A DNA stretch of 40,829 nucleotides from Octopus bimaculoides (Eukaryota), in NCBI RefSeq assembly GCF_001194135.2, contig NC_068985.1, forward strand, positions 126,680,281-126,721,109. Reading direction: 5' to 3'. Below the pieces are notes generated by a model. That model had not been told where the DNA came from, searched no databases, and was given only the letters and a program-made list of their open reading frames with translations. How positions within the stretch are numbered: the stretch's first letter is position 1; each line of letters starts with the position of its first letter. Of the stretch, positions 24,965-38,147 are shown in pieces. The position numbers and the translations under genes were made by a program.

Positions 24965-26095
24965 TATACAGATGCTATGGTGGGTGCAATGCAAATTCAT
25001 CGGAAGGGATTTGGTTTTGGTGCTGATCAGTTCAGACTGTTTGCAAGTATGTTGCAGAACAAATGCAGATTTGTTGTGAGCAACAGTGTCACAACAAGGG
25101 AAGCAGAAAGAAGAGAGCTTCATTTGATCCAATGCACTCAAGAAAGACAGATGACGAGATGGGAGGAACATGTTGAGAGAAAAATAAATTGGAATGAGAC
25201 ATAGAGGTGGACCACATCTCGGCTAAGTTTTCTGATTCGTTCATCCTATGATGTCTTGCCATCACCTGCAAATCTAGTAAGATGGAATGTCTCAGAGAAT
25301 GATATATGCAAATGCGGAAAGGTCAGAACACTTAAACATATTCTTTCCAACTGTTCACTAGCATTGAACGGGTATACATGGAGACACAACCTGGTCCTTA
25401 AGGTTATCTTCAATGCTATAAAGAACCAAATTGATCTCAACAACAGTGGAGAAAAAAAAAAAACGTTGAAAGTACTAATTAGATTTCATTACCTTTGTGC
25501 GCTCAGGACAGCAGATCCATTTCAAGATGAAGAAACTCCTCATGAGAGGTGAAAAGTGGAATGGCTATTGGTATGTGGCTGCAGATTTACCAGAGTGCCA
25601 AGGACTCTTTCCCATCCCAGTTACGAAAAAACCAGACATTTTAATGTGGTGTGAAAGAAAGTGGTGAATCTAGTAGAGTTAATGGCTTCTCATAAAGATA
25701 ACATGTACGCCACTCGGGCTCAAAAGATTGACAGTTATGTAAACCTCCTTAAGAAATGTGAAGACGCAGGCTGGAAAGCGGAGCATTTTCCAATCAAAGT
25801 CAGATGTAGATTTGTTGGACACAGTGTGAGTCAACTGTTGTTATCATTAGGCCTGACTCATCATAAAGTAAATACCACCATTACCGATATCCAAACTACA
25901 GCAGAAAAGGCTAGCCACTGGATTTGGTTGAAAAGAGACAATGATCGATGGCTAGAAGAATATTGAGCTTTACTTGATAACCAGTTTATCTAGCAAACGG
26001 GGCTTCATATCAGTGAAGGGGAAGCAGGGGGTATTCATGCCGTTGAGTGGTAGGCCCCGAAACGGCACACATTCTCTCCTGATGACCCTGTCTCT
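24965..26095 (+). mobile_element. 3' relic of a HERO-like (R2-group, restriction-like endonuclease) non-LTR retrotransposon
   Basis: CKCGKVRTLKHILSNC...YTWRHNLVL (CCHC knuckle), PD...LVEL (PD-(D/E)xK-like), GWKAEHFPIKV, AEKASHWIWLKR; frameshifts. Confidence 0.85.
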
Positions 26096-26122
26096 ATCAT
26101 TTGTTTTATACATTTATATATC

Positions 26123-26474
26123 GGCGTGGCTGTGTCGTAAGTAGCTTGCTTACCAACCACATGGTTCTAGGTTCAGTCCCACTGTGTGGCACCTTGGGTA
26201 AGTGTCTTCTACTATAGCCTCAGGCTGACCAAAGCTTTGTGAGTGGATTTGGTAGACAGAAACTGAAAGAAACCTCTGTGTGTGTGTGTGTGTGTTTGTC
26301 CCTCCCCCATCATCATCACTTGACAACTGATGTTGGTGTGTTTACATCCTTGTAACTTAGCAGTTCAGCAAAAGAAACCGATAGAATAAGTACTAGGCTT
26401 ACAAACAATAAGTTCTGAGGTCAATGTTTGACTAAAGGCAATGCTCCAGCATGGCCGCAGTCAAACAAGTGAAA

Positions 26475-26477
<3 letters not shown>
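26123..26477 (+). mobile_element. Near-complete tRNA-derived CORE-like SINE with internal (GT)n
   Basis: A-box-like GTGTCGTAAG, B-box-like GGTTCAGTCC, CACCTTGGGTAAGTGTCTT body, tail ending GTGAAAGAA(TA)n. Confidence 0.88.
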
Positions 26478-26517
<40 letters not shown>

Positions 26518-28429
26518 ATATATATATTTGAAGGNNNNNNNNNNNNNNNNNNNNNNNNNNNNNNNNNNNNNNNNNNNNNNNNNNNNNNNNNNNNNNNNNN
26601 NNNNNNNNNNNNNNNNNNNNNNNNNNNNNNNNNNNNNNNNNNNNNNNNNNNNNNNNNNNNNNNNNNNNNNNNNNNNNNNNNNNNNNNNNNNNNTATATAT
26701 GCATACATGTATACACACACATGTATAGCCCATAATAAATGTGTACCTTCCCAAAACTTGTGACATTTCTGCAGTTGCTGAACAATTTACATTATAACAA
26801 TAAGCTTTATATTGATACCTTCTAAAGTTTTGTGCTGTACAAGCAAGGTGGGACAGCAGACAGTCTCGTTGGTCTGTATAGCAATTGTGTCTTGTTGAGG
26901 GAAACTAAGTTGTCAAGTTTTTATTGAAAGATGGTCTTAAAAACTCTGTCACAAAGTTAAAGCAAGTGTAGTGCAGAGCATTTAATCTGTGTCTGGCTGA
27001 CACCTGTACCTGCAAAAAGTTTAATAAGATCTGCTTGGGAATGTGGGTTAGGGTTAGGCGTGAGGGTAAGCTGATTGTTAATGCACAATAGAAAAAATGC
27101 TATATCAAATCCTTATAATATGGTGAACCGACAGAGTTGTGGTGGAATGAGTTAGTATGTTTTTGGGTATTTATTCCAACTCTCAGCAGTCTTGAGTTCA
27201 AATCCCACTAAGATCAACTTTACCTTTCACTTTTAAAGGGCTGGTAAAAAAAAAAAGCTACCAATCAAGGGTGAAAGATTAGAAGGAGTTGTAAGAATAT
27301 TGGACTAGATGCTTTGTGGTATCTGTTTCAATTCACAGTATGGCCTACTTGGGTAATAGATTTAACCATTCACCCAGTTTAACAGCAGCACCTGGTCCTT
27401 GAATGTCTTTAGCAGTTCCCACTCTGTAACAAGCATTTGGGTCAGGTCTCAAGTTTAGGGATATCTTCATCCGACCAGATGCCTTTTAAAGGGTCATGAA
27501 CACTAAAAGTTTTTAAAAAATACAAAACCACCCAACATACCTCATGGTCCCAAGTTACGAACCCACCCTTAACCAGTCGATATCACAGTGTTTATTTCTT
27601 AGCAAACATAAGATTTCAGTTAATCAAAATCTTTTAGTTCAATTATGTAAAGAAAGAATACTTTGTGTTCCATTTATCAGCCTAACCCACCAACCTAGAA
27701 ACAAAAAAGCTGGTTATTTTATTAAAACTGGTCCAAAGTTCTCATATTTACAAATGATTCAAAACAAATAGGTTGTCTACTTTTGTTAGAAATAGGGTCA
27801 TGAAGCAGCATTAATTCTAAGTCATCATCATCATCATCAAGTTTTCCTTCATTTGTTCATACAATTATGTAATAAATAATAGGCTGGGTTACTTGACTTG
27901 CTTGACATGGAATGCCTTAATATTTCAGTAGATAAATAATATATATATAAGGTTTGCTCACATGAGGCCCTAACTATATTTGAAAGAAGGCCAGTGGGAG
28001 TATCATCGTCACAGATGAAACTAACAATAATAACATTCAACAGAGGGCGGGAGCTGTTTCAGCACTTAAATCAACCCTTAGTGCATTACTAGCCCATATT
28101 TTATTGACTGTGGGAGGATGAAAGGCAAAATCGATCTGAAAAGAATGAAAGGTAAAATATCTTGGTTGGATATGGCCAGTTTAAATGCTAAAGGGTTCAG
28201 GCATTTTATCAGGTTCTATAATCAACCCTACCATCCATTGCTGTGATAATAATAATAACAATGATACTTATTTATTCAATGCTTCAGTCCAATAAATATA
28301 GCAAATTCTTTATCTTATGAAGTGATAGACCCTTGTGAAACTGAGGAGTGAGAAAATAAAAACTGGAACTGTGAAGCTCATGTCTTTCCAAAACATAGTG
28401 GCAGAAAGGTGAACTTAATCCATCAGCCA

Positions 28430-28590
28430 GCTTAACACCACTATATGGCATCTTGGATGCCTTTAGTTGACTCCAGTCTGTTGCAAGCATTTAAGCCCGG
28501 TCTCCAGTTATTCCTCATTCCCTCCCACCCAGAAACGTTGGAGGCCCGGTAAATGGCCATGTGCACTGCTTCTCTCTAGACTAAAAGATA
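28430..28590 (-). mobile_element. Possible old LINE 3' fragment
   Basis: Weak resemblance to an RTE C-terminus (..ATDWSQLKA..) only. Confidence 0.3.
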
Positions 28591-29400
28591 GAAAAAGAAA
28601 GACAACATTGAATGCTTACAAGAATCAAACATGGAGAATAATAGATTATGTTTACCAATATTTTAACCCTTACACAACAATGTTCGTCAGTTCAAAACCA
28701 ACAAATGCACAACACCGACTTTCTACAAAGCTGTAAATAGTAAATCGAAGAGCCACTACACTGACATCTGAATAAAAGTCCATAAGCCTTGAAATGTGGA
28801 TATTGGAGTTGTCACCCTTGATTTAAACATTTTTAGAACGTTGAGCTTGAAAGAGCAGGCTAAACGTGTACAAACATTAAATATGATTGCAAATACAAAC
28901 ATATTTAACAGATGCAGCACAGTGTCTTATTTCCTTTTGTTTATAAAAACAAACGCACACACATCTCAAGGGTTGGCCTCAGTCCAGTCAATACGTCTCA
29001 ATACACTGGTATGTTATGCAGTCATTCTAAGCAAACTAAGAATTCCTTTCCTTTATATAGCTCTTTTCTTAATCATTTATAAGAAAAGGACACTGTGCAT
29101 GACGTTTTTCTGGGCCTCAAAGACCTTGGAGGTCCCTAGCCCTAATGCTTACTATAAAGTGGACTCTATGGTGTTAAACAGGATGATGAATTAAGTCTAC
29201 TACACAAATAAACAATGAGATTTGAACTCAAGGCAGAAAAAATATCACAAGCCATCCCACTTAATGCTCTAACGATTATACCAGTGTACCAGCCAAGACC
29301 TAAGTTTAGTACTTCAGTTAAAGACCCCACTGCAAAGATGAAAGGAAAAGTTAACTGCCAAGAGATTTGAAATAGTATTCAGGTGTCAGTGTAAATATAC

Positions 29401-29610
29401 TTAAACCTTTTATACCATGTTCATGTTCGAATATACTTCATTTCAATAAATTTTAAAAATAAAGAATTTAGTAAAATAACTGTCAAGCTGGTTTTTGGAA
29501 CATAAATTAGCACAAAATGTTGATGGAAGATTTAAATTTTGATAATATAAAAAGTTTGTATCAGAACTAGGAGTGGTCTCAGGCAGGCTAGTATCAAAAG
29601 CATTGAAATA
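29401..29610. mobile_element. Decayed TTAA-type MITE
   Basis: TTAAACCTTTTATACC... and ...TAGTATCAAAAGCATTGAA are degenerate inverted ends. Confidence 0.45.
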
Positions 29611-30274
29611 GCTCCAAGGGATAATTAAGGGCTAGTGCTATGACATGATCTCATGGTATTAGTTGGGTTGGAAGCGAGGTTAATCTTCCCCTGGATGGTG
29701 TACAAGTAAGTAACATTACTAAATGAAATAAGCCCTATTCCTGACAAGCAAAGAATACTGAGTTGATATAAGATTATATTCTAGAGCCAACAGATATATA
29801 GCAAAACATACGCAGCAGCACATTACAAACATTTGCAATATCCAATTCACTCCTTATAACCAAGCAGACGCTAATGGTGAACATGAGAAATATAAATCTG
29901 TAACAGAGGCTTTATAGCAAAATTACAGTAATCGTTAGCAAAAAAGACCAGCTATAATAAGCATTAATAGAATAATAGCAGAATCTTGGACTTTATTGGT
30001 AATTAGTGATTATTAACAGTGGAGTAAATTGGTTTGCTTTTAGGAAATAGGACACATCTAACATTAAATTGTTTCTTTTCAACACAAATCAATTTATTCC
30101 ATTTTCAAGCTAATTAGTGTGTGTGTGTGTGTGTGTGTGNNNNNNNNNNNNNNNNNNNNNNNNNNNNNNNNNNNNNNNNNNNNNNNNNNNNNNNNNNNNN
30201 NNNNNNNNNNNNNNNNNNNNNNNNNNNNNNNNNNNNNNNNNNNNNNNNNNNNNNNNNNNNNNNNNNNNNNNNNN

Positions 30275-30309
<35 letters not shown>

Positions 30310-32249
30310 CGCGCGCGTGATTCACATATTTCTATGCATCTTTTCCCTTATAATTCCTTAATTTCAAACTCTAATTTATCTAGCCTCATATTACAAAATG
30401 ATTATCTCCCTTGTAATAGCTGTAAGTATCAGAGAAACTGAGCGGGTAAGTAGGTAGGCAGATTTTTTTGTAGACTTTAGTGCTTTCACTGGTATTTATA
30501 TTTGTCAAACTCAGGGGAAAATGAAAAGCAAAGCAGACTTGGGAGGATTTGAACTCAGACCATTAAAGGATGTAAGCAAACACTACATGCTATTTTGTTT
30601 GACACTTTCAATTTGGACTTCCAACACCATATTATCATTTATCATTTATCATTTTATATCCACTGTTGCCAAACTGCAAATGAGTTGGACAAGTCTTAAG
30701 GTATCCTACAGCCAGATACTCTTCCTGATGCTGACCTTTACTCGTTTTCATGTAAACTACTATATCCCATGTCTTCAGGCTGGACATAAACAAATACCAC
30801 TGCCCAAGCAATGTCAATGAAAAGATGGACTTCTATATAGCTACAGTATCAAATTCCACTCACATATTATTGACCTAAGGCTATTAGAAGGTACTTGCCT
30901 AAGGCGCCATGAAGTGGGATCAAACCCAAAACCAGAAGGCTACAATGTAAACTCCTGAACTTTCAAGCTATTTATTATTTGTAAATAGCTCCATTGAGCA
31001 TTTGAGCTCAGAGAAGAGTCCAACAATCCAATCAATGGTTCACTACATTTAGGAATGTTAGCATGACAAAAATTGTTTGTACACTTTGTGCACTCAGCCT
31101 TTAGAAGGTTGTATTTCTGTCTATTGAGACAGTTCAAACTAGCAATTGAAAATTTAGGCACATGCAAGTTGTCAAACAAATTGCACTGAAATACATACAT
31201 TCATGCATACATACATATCTTTGATGAATACATTTATGTGTGGCAGATTTGAACTTCCCTTAAAAGGATGTGACAAACTCTACCTTTAACAACCAACATA
31301 ACTGGATATTACCTAAAATACAAGCCATGGGTTCTACAAATTACAAAAAAAAATATGGCTTTGTAACTTTCAAAGAGAATACTGTCATTGTCAACATGCC
31401 ACTCAGTTCAATACATCTGTCAATGTCATCAGTTTGGGAAAGCATGTAAATGTCATAGGTACTGCTTCTCCTCTTTTGACTAAGTTATAAAATAGACACA
31501 CATACACATAGATAATCTTAAAGTATCACAAAAGGCACCTCAAAACACTCACTAAGCAGAAAGAGAGAGGACATCTGAGTCAAAACAAAGGAACTCTAAT
31601 AGACAACAAGTAATACATAATATTCATCATGAATAAGTCTAACTTACCGCATACCAAACACACCTATCAGCCCCATATCAGCTAAACAAGAACTCACTTA
31701 ATACAGGCACTATCAAAAGTGGCTGCACATACACAATATATAGAAAAATGTTCATGGACTTTCTTTGCAGCAAAATAATAAAAACTACAAGAACTGCTTG
31801 GATACATTAGAGAAAGACTATTTACAGCCAACTTAATCAGTTACCCATGAAAAACACAAGACACCTCAGTGATATCAATAGTCAATAAGCTTTGATAAAT
31901 TCAAAGGAGTCGAGGTTACTATGCATTGACCATGTCCAGTCTGACATTCTTCTCTGTTGTGGCCAATGCCACCTCGTTCAAATCATATACAAAAGATTGA
32001 CAATAACAAACCAGAAGCACTAAGCTGTGACACTCACATTGTAGACAGTAGAGACCACAACACAACAGAAGGAAAAGGGTAATGTCAAACTAGAACCATT
32101 GAAGCACGGAGAATCAGTGGTACTGATTGACAGGTTGTTGAGGACACCTATACCTGCATACATTCAAATACATTCTAGATGTAATCATTCCTTCCATCTT
32201 TTATTCATAGAAAGTGTATCTCTTTTAGAGAATAGGATAAACGCCAAAT

Positions 32250-32994
32250 ATTGTAAGAATACTTCAAAAGGTGATTAAAAAATGCAATTTGGCACACTTA
32301 TTATTTAAAACATGCTATTTCAGATAGGCATGATTGCCAACATGAAAATCGAAAATGGTGGCCAAAATCCAAGATGGCGTCCAACATTATAGTGAAGAAG
32401 ACAGTAGAAAAATCCTTCAAAAAGTGATACAAATATGCAGTTTGGTACACCTATAGTTTAAAATATGCTTTTTAAAATAGGGATGATTGCCAATGTGAAA
32501 ATCGAAAATGATGGCCAAAATCCAAGATGGCGTCCAACATTAAAATTTAATCGCAATGAGCAGGAAATAAGTTTTATTATGACAAACGTTGTTTATTCTG
32601 CAATATTTTGCACAAATGGCCTTATATTTACCTTTTGAAGGATTTTTCTACTATCTTCTTCACTAATTCAGGTTATACATATCAGGTGGGGCACATATGG
32701 GGCCAGGCTCTCCAGAAAAAGCCAGCACTGCCATCACCTATCACCTGGAGTGGGAAAATAATGACAATGGCACATCTACTATTCACTGGACTGAAGTAAG
32801 AGCCATAGCAGAACAATGCCAAGCACTTAAAAAGTACCAAAGCAAAACTTAGTGTGCAGGACATTGCACATGCAAGAAATCAGCTTTTCCTTGTACTTCC
32901 CTTTGTGCCTGTCTATGCATTTGTTTGATGAAACCTGTATAACCTAAATTCGTGAAGAAGATAGTAGAAAAATCATTCAAAAGGTAAATATAAG
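32250..32994. repeat. Composite element: ~150-bp tandem units plus a 59-bp inverted repeat pair
   Basis: AAAATCCAAGATGGCGTCCAACATT occurs twice. 32621-32679 and 32936-32994 are inverted with 3 mismatches. Confidence 0.8.
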
Positions 32995-33288
32995 CGAGAT
33001 CGTTGCCAGTGCCCCTGGACTGGCTTGTGCGGGTGGCACATAAAAGACACCATTTCGAGCGTGGCCGTTGCCAGTATCGCCTGACTGGCCTTCGTGCAGG
33101 TGACACGAAAAAGCACCAACTACACTCTCTGAGTGGTTGGCGTTAGGAAGGGCATCCAGCTGTAGAAACTCTGCCAAATTTAGATTGGAGCCTGGTGTTG
33201 CCATCCGGTTTCACCAGTCCTCAGTCAAATCGTCCAACCCATGCTAGCATGGAAAGCGGACGTTAAACGATGATGATGATGATGATGA
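32995..33288 (+). mobile_element. Young RTE 3'-UTR copy with two hairpin+pseudoknot-like modules and (ATG)n tail
   Basis: CpGs retained; modules at 33005-33051 and 33070-33117. Confidence 0.88.
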
Positions 33289-33539
33289 TACACATAGATA
33301 TAGATATATGTATATATTTGTGTGTGTGATCGCTTGACAACCAATGCTGGTGTGTTTATGTCCCCCTAAATTAGGAGTTTGGCAAAAGAGACAGATAGAA
33401 TAAGTATTAGGCTTACAAAGAATAAGTCCTGGGGTCGATTTCTTCGACTATAATTTTTTAAGATGGTGCTCCAGCATGGCTGTAGTCAAATGACTAAAAG
33501 AAGTAAAAGTACAAAAGCAATGTCTCTATTATTAGATGA

Positions 33540-34720
33540 CAGACTTCAAAATTGTTGTGTCAAGATGAATGCAACTATATTCTTGAGGTTCTTAACTATT
33601 TATATCTTTGAGCTTGTCAATGACAGTGGCATTGAAGATGTCATAGATGTGTGCCCTATTTCCAGACTAAATCTGTTGAGCATGATGCTTGAAATCTTTG
33701 ACAAGTTTATCAGGATACTTGGAACAAAGCTGAAGTGGCACACACAAAGTTAACTGTATGTTGAAAAAACGCCCCAAGACACTTAGGTTTCTATATTGTA
33801 TCCTACTGGGCATCATTTAGTATAAGGACTGTTTCTCAGTTTGTAGTGCAAATTTTACCATTGATTTTTCAAAGATCTTAAAATCAACTTGAACTTAACA
33901 CTCTGTACAGAAGACACAGAAAGTAGTAGTCAAGTTGACTGAGGTGTGCAGTATAGCATCTCCTATTGATACTGTTACAACTTCTGTCATGTTGGCCTTC
34001 AGCAGGGGAAACCTTCCTTTCTTCATCTTTGTAACTTTTTGTTCCATGTATAACAGGATGGGATGTTATGGTACAGAAATGTTTCTGCAAAAAGAATGAT
34101 ACTGGCTCAGCTTGTAAAAAAGATTGGAATTGTGTCCCTTGGACCGTGTACTTGCAGTGTAGTAGTTGCTTCAATGTAGTAAATCCACTGACAATTTTCC
34201 AAATTAACAAGTTATTGAATGCTGAAATATCTTCATGAATGGGAAATATGAAAAAGCACCAGAAAACTTAATTGCTGCTGATGTGTTGTCCCTGGTGGAA
34301 CTGGATAACTTCATTTTAGCTGTTCACTGCATCAGAGCAAACACAATAGTGTCGAATCTCTTGAAGATGCATTTGCAGACATATTTCATGAACTTTACTG
34401 AATCGCAAATTATGTATACATTAAATGTCTTGATCAGGAGTGGGTACTAGACAACTATCTATCTGTTGCCAATTTCAAGCTGTCTGACACACACTTGTAA
34501 ACTGCCATTCTCTGTTGCTCTTCTGTAAAAGATGTAGCCATCTTCACTTGTCTAAATGTTTTTAACAAATGGCCTTGGAAAGTAAATATATTGTCTTCGA
34601 TGCAAGATGAATTTCTGTTGACAACAGCACATGGACCCATGAACCATCTCATTAAAATTATACTGGAAGCACAGTTAATATTATGATAGTAATTTGATTG
34701 GAGTGAATGTTGTTTGTTAA
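33540..34720 (-). mobile_element. Degenerate Helitron Rep/helicase fragment
   Basis: MGPCAVVNRNSSC, DGYIFYRRATENG, TPLLIKTF...CDSVKFMKYVCK and QFHQGQHISSN*VFWCFFIFPIHE match Helitron HGPC, DGYPLYRRR, PLLSKxF..NSVKSIKYICKY and GRYISSNEAVWRIFxFPIHE. Confidence 0.82.
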
Positions 34721-35129
34721 CTAGGTATATGTACACATAGGAAAGACCAATATTCGGCACTTAGTTAAATCCACCAGTTTTCTCAGTTTTAATGTGAGAT
34801 CATACCCAGTTAACGTATGTTTACCCAGGAATGACCGCTTTGTGAATTTCTTTCCACTTGGAGTAACAAATGAAAGTAATGAAGCTTTATGAACTGCCAT
34901 CCATCACTTTCCATCTGCTTTCCATGCTGGCATAGGTAGAATGGGTCATCAGTGACGGTCCTTATTTAGAGTTACTAGCCTCCTAGACAGGCCAGAGAAG
35001 ATTTGATGGACAAAAATAAAGGAAAGAAACCCATCGTATGTGTTTACATAGCTGTGTATGTGTGATTACAGCTGCCCTTTTCCAAAAATCACTTGGCTAG
35101 AAATACTATCAGATGACTTAAACTGTAAC

Positions 35130-35925
35130 TGTGGTTAAGAAGCTCACTCTGGAACCATGTGGTTTCCAGGTTTAGTCCACTGCAAAGCACCTTGGGCAAA
35201 TATCGTCTACTACAGCCCCAGGATAAGCAATGCCTTGTGAGTGAATATGATAAACAGAAACTGTGCAGAAGCCTGTTGTGCATGTGTCTCTCTCGCTTTC
35301 TGTTTGTCCTCCCACCACTTAACAACTGGTGTTGGTTTGTTTGCATCCCAAAACTTGGTGGTTCAACAAAAGAAACTGACAAAATAAGTATCAGACAGTA
35401 AAAGGGTAAATACTGGGGTTGATTTGTTCAGGCCCTTCAAGGTGGTGCCCATCACAGCCACAGTCCAATGACTGAAACAGGTAAAAGATAAAAGACGTAC
35501 ATGGTGATTCAAAAGTCTATTTAGCATACAGATGTAGCTGTGTGGTTAAGAAGCTCGTTTCCCAAATACATGTTTTCTGGCTCAACCCCACTGTATGGCA
35601 CCATGGGTAAGTGTCTTCTACAATAGCCCCATGCTGACAAAGCCTTGTGAGTGGGTTTGGTAGATGGAAACTGAAAGAAGCTCATCGTGTGCTTATGCAC
35701 ATGTGTGTGTATGTACGCTACTGTCTCTTTGTCTTAAAATCATGTGATATTTGGAAATGGTGTTGGTGTGTGCCCTCATAACTTGGTGGTTTGGCAGAAG
35801 AGAACAGTAAAATAAGTATCAGACTTAACAAAAAAATAAGTACTAAGGTCAATTCATTCAACTAAAAATACTTTGTGTGGTGGCTCAGCATGGCTGCAGT
35901 CTAATGACTGAAACAAGCACAAGGT
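35130..35925 (+). mobile_element. Two tandem CORE-like SINE copies (35130-35495 and 35530-35925)
   Basis: Each has a GTGGTTAAGAAGCTC head, CACC.TGGG.AA.T body and the family tail. Confidence 0.82.
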
Positions 35926-36019
35926 AAATGACATCATTGTACAAATTGTATCAATTGTATCCAATCTTCCACGGAACATGCCTGTTTGTGCGGAGAAAAT
36001 ATTACCTAAGTGTGGATGT

Positions 36020-36210
36020 GTGGTAAGAAACACACACACACATATACACAATGGGCTTCTTTCAGTTTCCATCTACCAAATCTTCTCATAAGGTTTTGGT
36101 TAGCCCAAGGCTATAGTAGACATTTGCCCAAGGTGCCACATAGTAGGCCTGAGCCTAGAACCATGTGGTTGGGAAACAAGTTTCTTACCACACAGCCACA
36201 CCTGCACTTA
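36020..36210 (-). mobile_element. 5' half of a CORE-like SINE; a decayed RTE tail follows at ~36340-36540 (+)
   Basis: Reverse complement of the head and body seen at 26123. Confidence 0.78.
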
Positions 36211-36972
36211 TATTTACATATTTACATGAAGAAGCCATGTATTCACCTCTTCAACAAAACACTTGCTCCTATTCTTCTATTATATTTTCATCTCCCTCAG
36301 TATTATACCTCACCCAGTTAAGGGAACTTGTCATGAAAGTACTTAGTAACCTCACCAGTGCTGGTGCCATGAAAGAAAGCACCCAACACAGTCGGTGAGG
36401 TGGTTGGCATTAGGAAGGGCATCCAGCTGTAGAAGCCTTACTAAAGCAGACACTGAAGTTTAATGTAGCTCAGCAGTTCATGTCAATCTATCCAACACAT
36501 TCCAGCATGGAGAAAGTGATGTTAAATGATAATGATGATGATACAGGTGTATAGTATTATATTTACATCTACTCAGGTGAGATATACTCAGGTGAGATAC
36601 ATGTAAGAAACATAACTATTTGCATGTAATTAGGATATCTTCAATCTGAAATACAGAAATCATTAGAAACTTAGATGAGTGAACAATGATGGAAAGCAGA
36701 GTGGAGAGAACGTGAGAGTGAGTGATATAATGATGATGATGATGATGATGGAAAGATTAACTATCAGGGAAGATAACAACCCTGTGGTAAAAAATATACA
36801 GGTCAACAGCTGGAGATATGCCAGGGTCACAATGACAGATTCCAAAATAAAGAAAATGCACTGACGTTTCAGTAAAAAGCACCACTGCAGCTAGTCTTGG
36901 CATTTTGGAATCTCCATAATTCTCATTTGCCACATGGATTCTTCTTACAGTAGTTTATACACACATGCACAT

Positions 36973-37044
<72 letters not shown>

Positions 37045-37140
37045 TACATATTTACACACAAGCATGAGTATGTGGATATAAAATTCGTTTTGCAACCATG
37101 TTTTCAGATTAAGTCTCAATGTGTGACACCAGTGACTTAC

Positions 37141-37200
37141 GATGGCTCCAGGCAAAGCAAAGTCGTGCAACTGAATTTGGTACACTGCAGCTGCACATGT
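37141..37200 (-). other. Candidate 60-nt exon (coding status unknown)
   Basis: Acceptor cacattcgcAG, donor ATC|GTAAGT, CpG-retaining. All three frames are open; frame 0 (TCAAAVYQIQLHDFALPGAI) joins the 22276-22319 exon in frame. Confidence 0.33.
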
Positions 37201-37379
37201 CTGCGAATGTGCATGAATGTTAATGTACCACGTCTGTCGTTGCTCGAGTCAAACGGTGAAGCTTTTGAATTTCCTTATTGACATTATACAACTGGTCATT
37301 GTGTGCTTTTAAAGAGCTCATCATCATCATCATATTAACATCCACTTTTCCATGCTCGCATGACGTGGACAGAGTTTAT

Positions 37380-37735
37380 TGAGGGGAAATTTTCTATGAG
37401 TGAAAGCACTTCCTGTTGCCAGCCTCCATCTCTGATTTCAAGCAAGGCAATATTTCTCCATGGCCTGATATCCTTTTGCAAAACATGTGGAACAAATGAC
37501 ACGGCTTGTATCGCAGTAGCACTCCCAAGTACTGCATAATATCAAGACAAGGAGACACGCACACACACGCACACACACACACACACACAGTCACAGGCTT
37601 CTTTCAGAGTCTGTCTACCAAATTCACTCACAAGAATTTGGTCAGCTTGGGGCTATAGTAGAAGGTGCCGTGCAGTGAGACTTAAGCAGGAACTATGTAG
37701 TTGGGAAGCAAACTTCTTAACCACACAGCCACATC
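37380..37735 (-). mobile_element. Decayed SINE with internal (CA)n
   Basis: Head reverse complement CTTCTTAACCACACAGCCAC at ~37715-37732; body matches the decayed + copy at 38480-38770. Confidence 0.65.
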
Positions 37736-38147
37736 TGCAACTCTAGATTAAAAATCAGGTAAAGCTTAGTGATAAGACAAGAATCTAGCAGTAAAATCTT
37801 GCCTCACATAATAACTCTTCATGTAACCCGTGCTAGTTTCAAAAAACATATTAAACAAATATATACCAAAACAAATATATACCGAAACAAATATATACAG
37901 ATAAGACAGTTCTCACACTGTAATGACAAGAATGATGCTAAATAAAAGGCAGAAAACACTGCACATTTATGACACAATATTTAATGCATTTTGGAACTTC
38001 GCTGATGGAACATGGTTCAACATCATCACATGTTAGCATGTATATTTGAAACATGACGGGGAAATAGTCTCACATCAAAACATTTATCATTTACTGCATT
38101 ATACACTGAATTTATAATTTCAACAATGAATTGGAATTTACTTTTTA

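Noticed and set aside
26038-26085. GAAAC and CTGATGA close together in the HERO 3' UTR with a TGCCGT/ACGGCA stem
   Set aside because: The order and spacing fit no hammerhead topology: no room for stems I and II.
27045-27058. GGGTTAGGGTTAGG telomere-like motif
   Set aside because: Only two units; too short to call an interstitial telomere.
28796-29194. 132-aa + strand ORF
   Set aside because: No recognisable motif or splice signals; the opposite strand has many stops. Probably chance or an unrecognised relic.
30940-31200. 86-aa minus-strand ORF with a possible acceptor
   Set aside because: It runs into a SINE head, and there is no good donor or homology.
31500-32000. Possible Penelope or other LINE relic
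   Set aside because: Only a faint YRK-like resemblance; no ordered series of motifs could be established.
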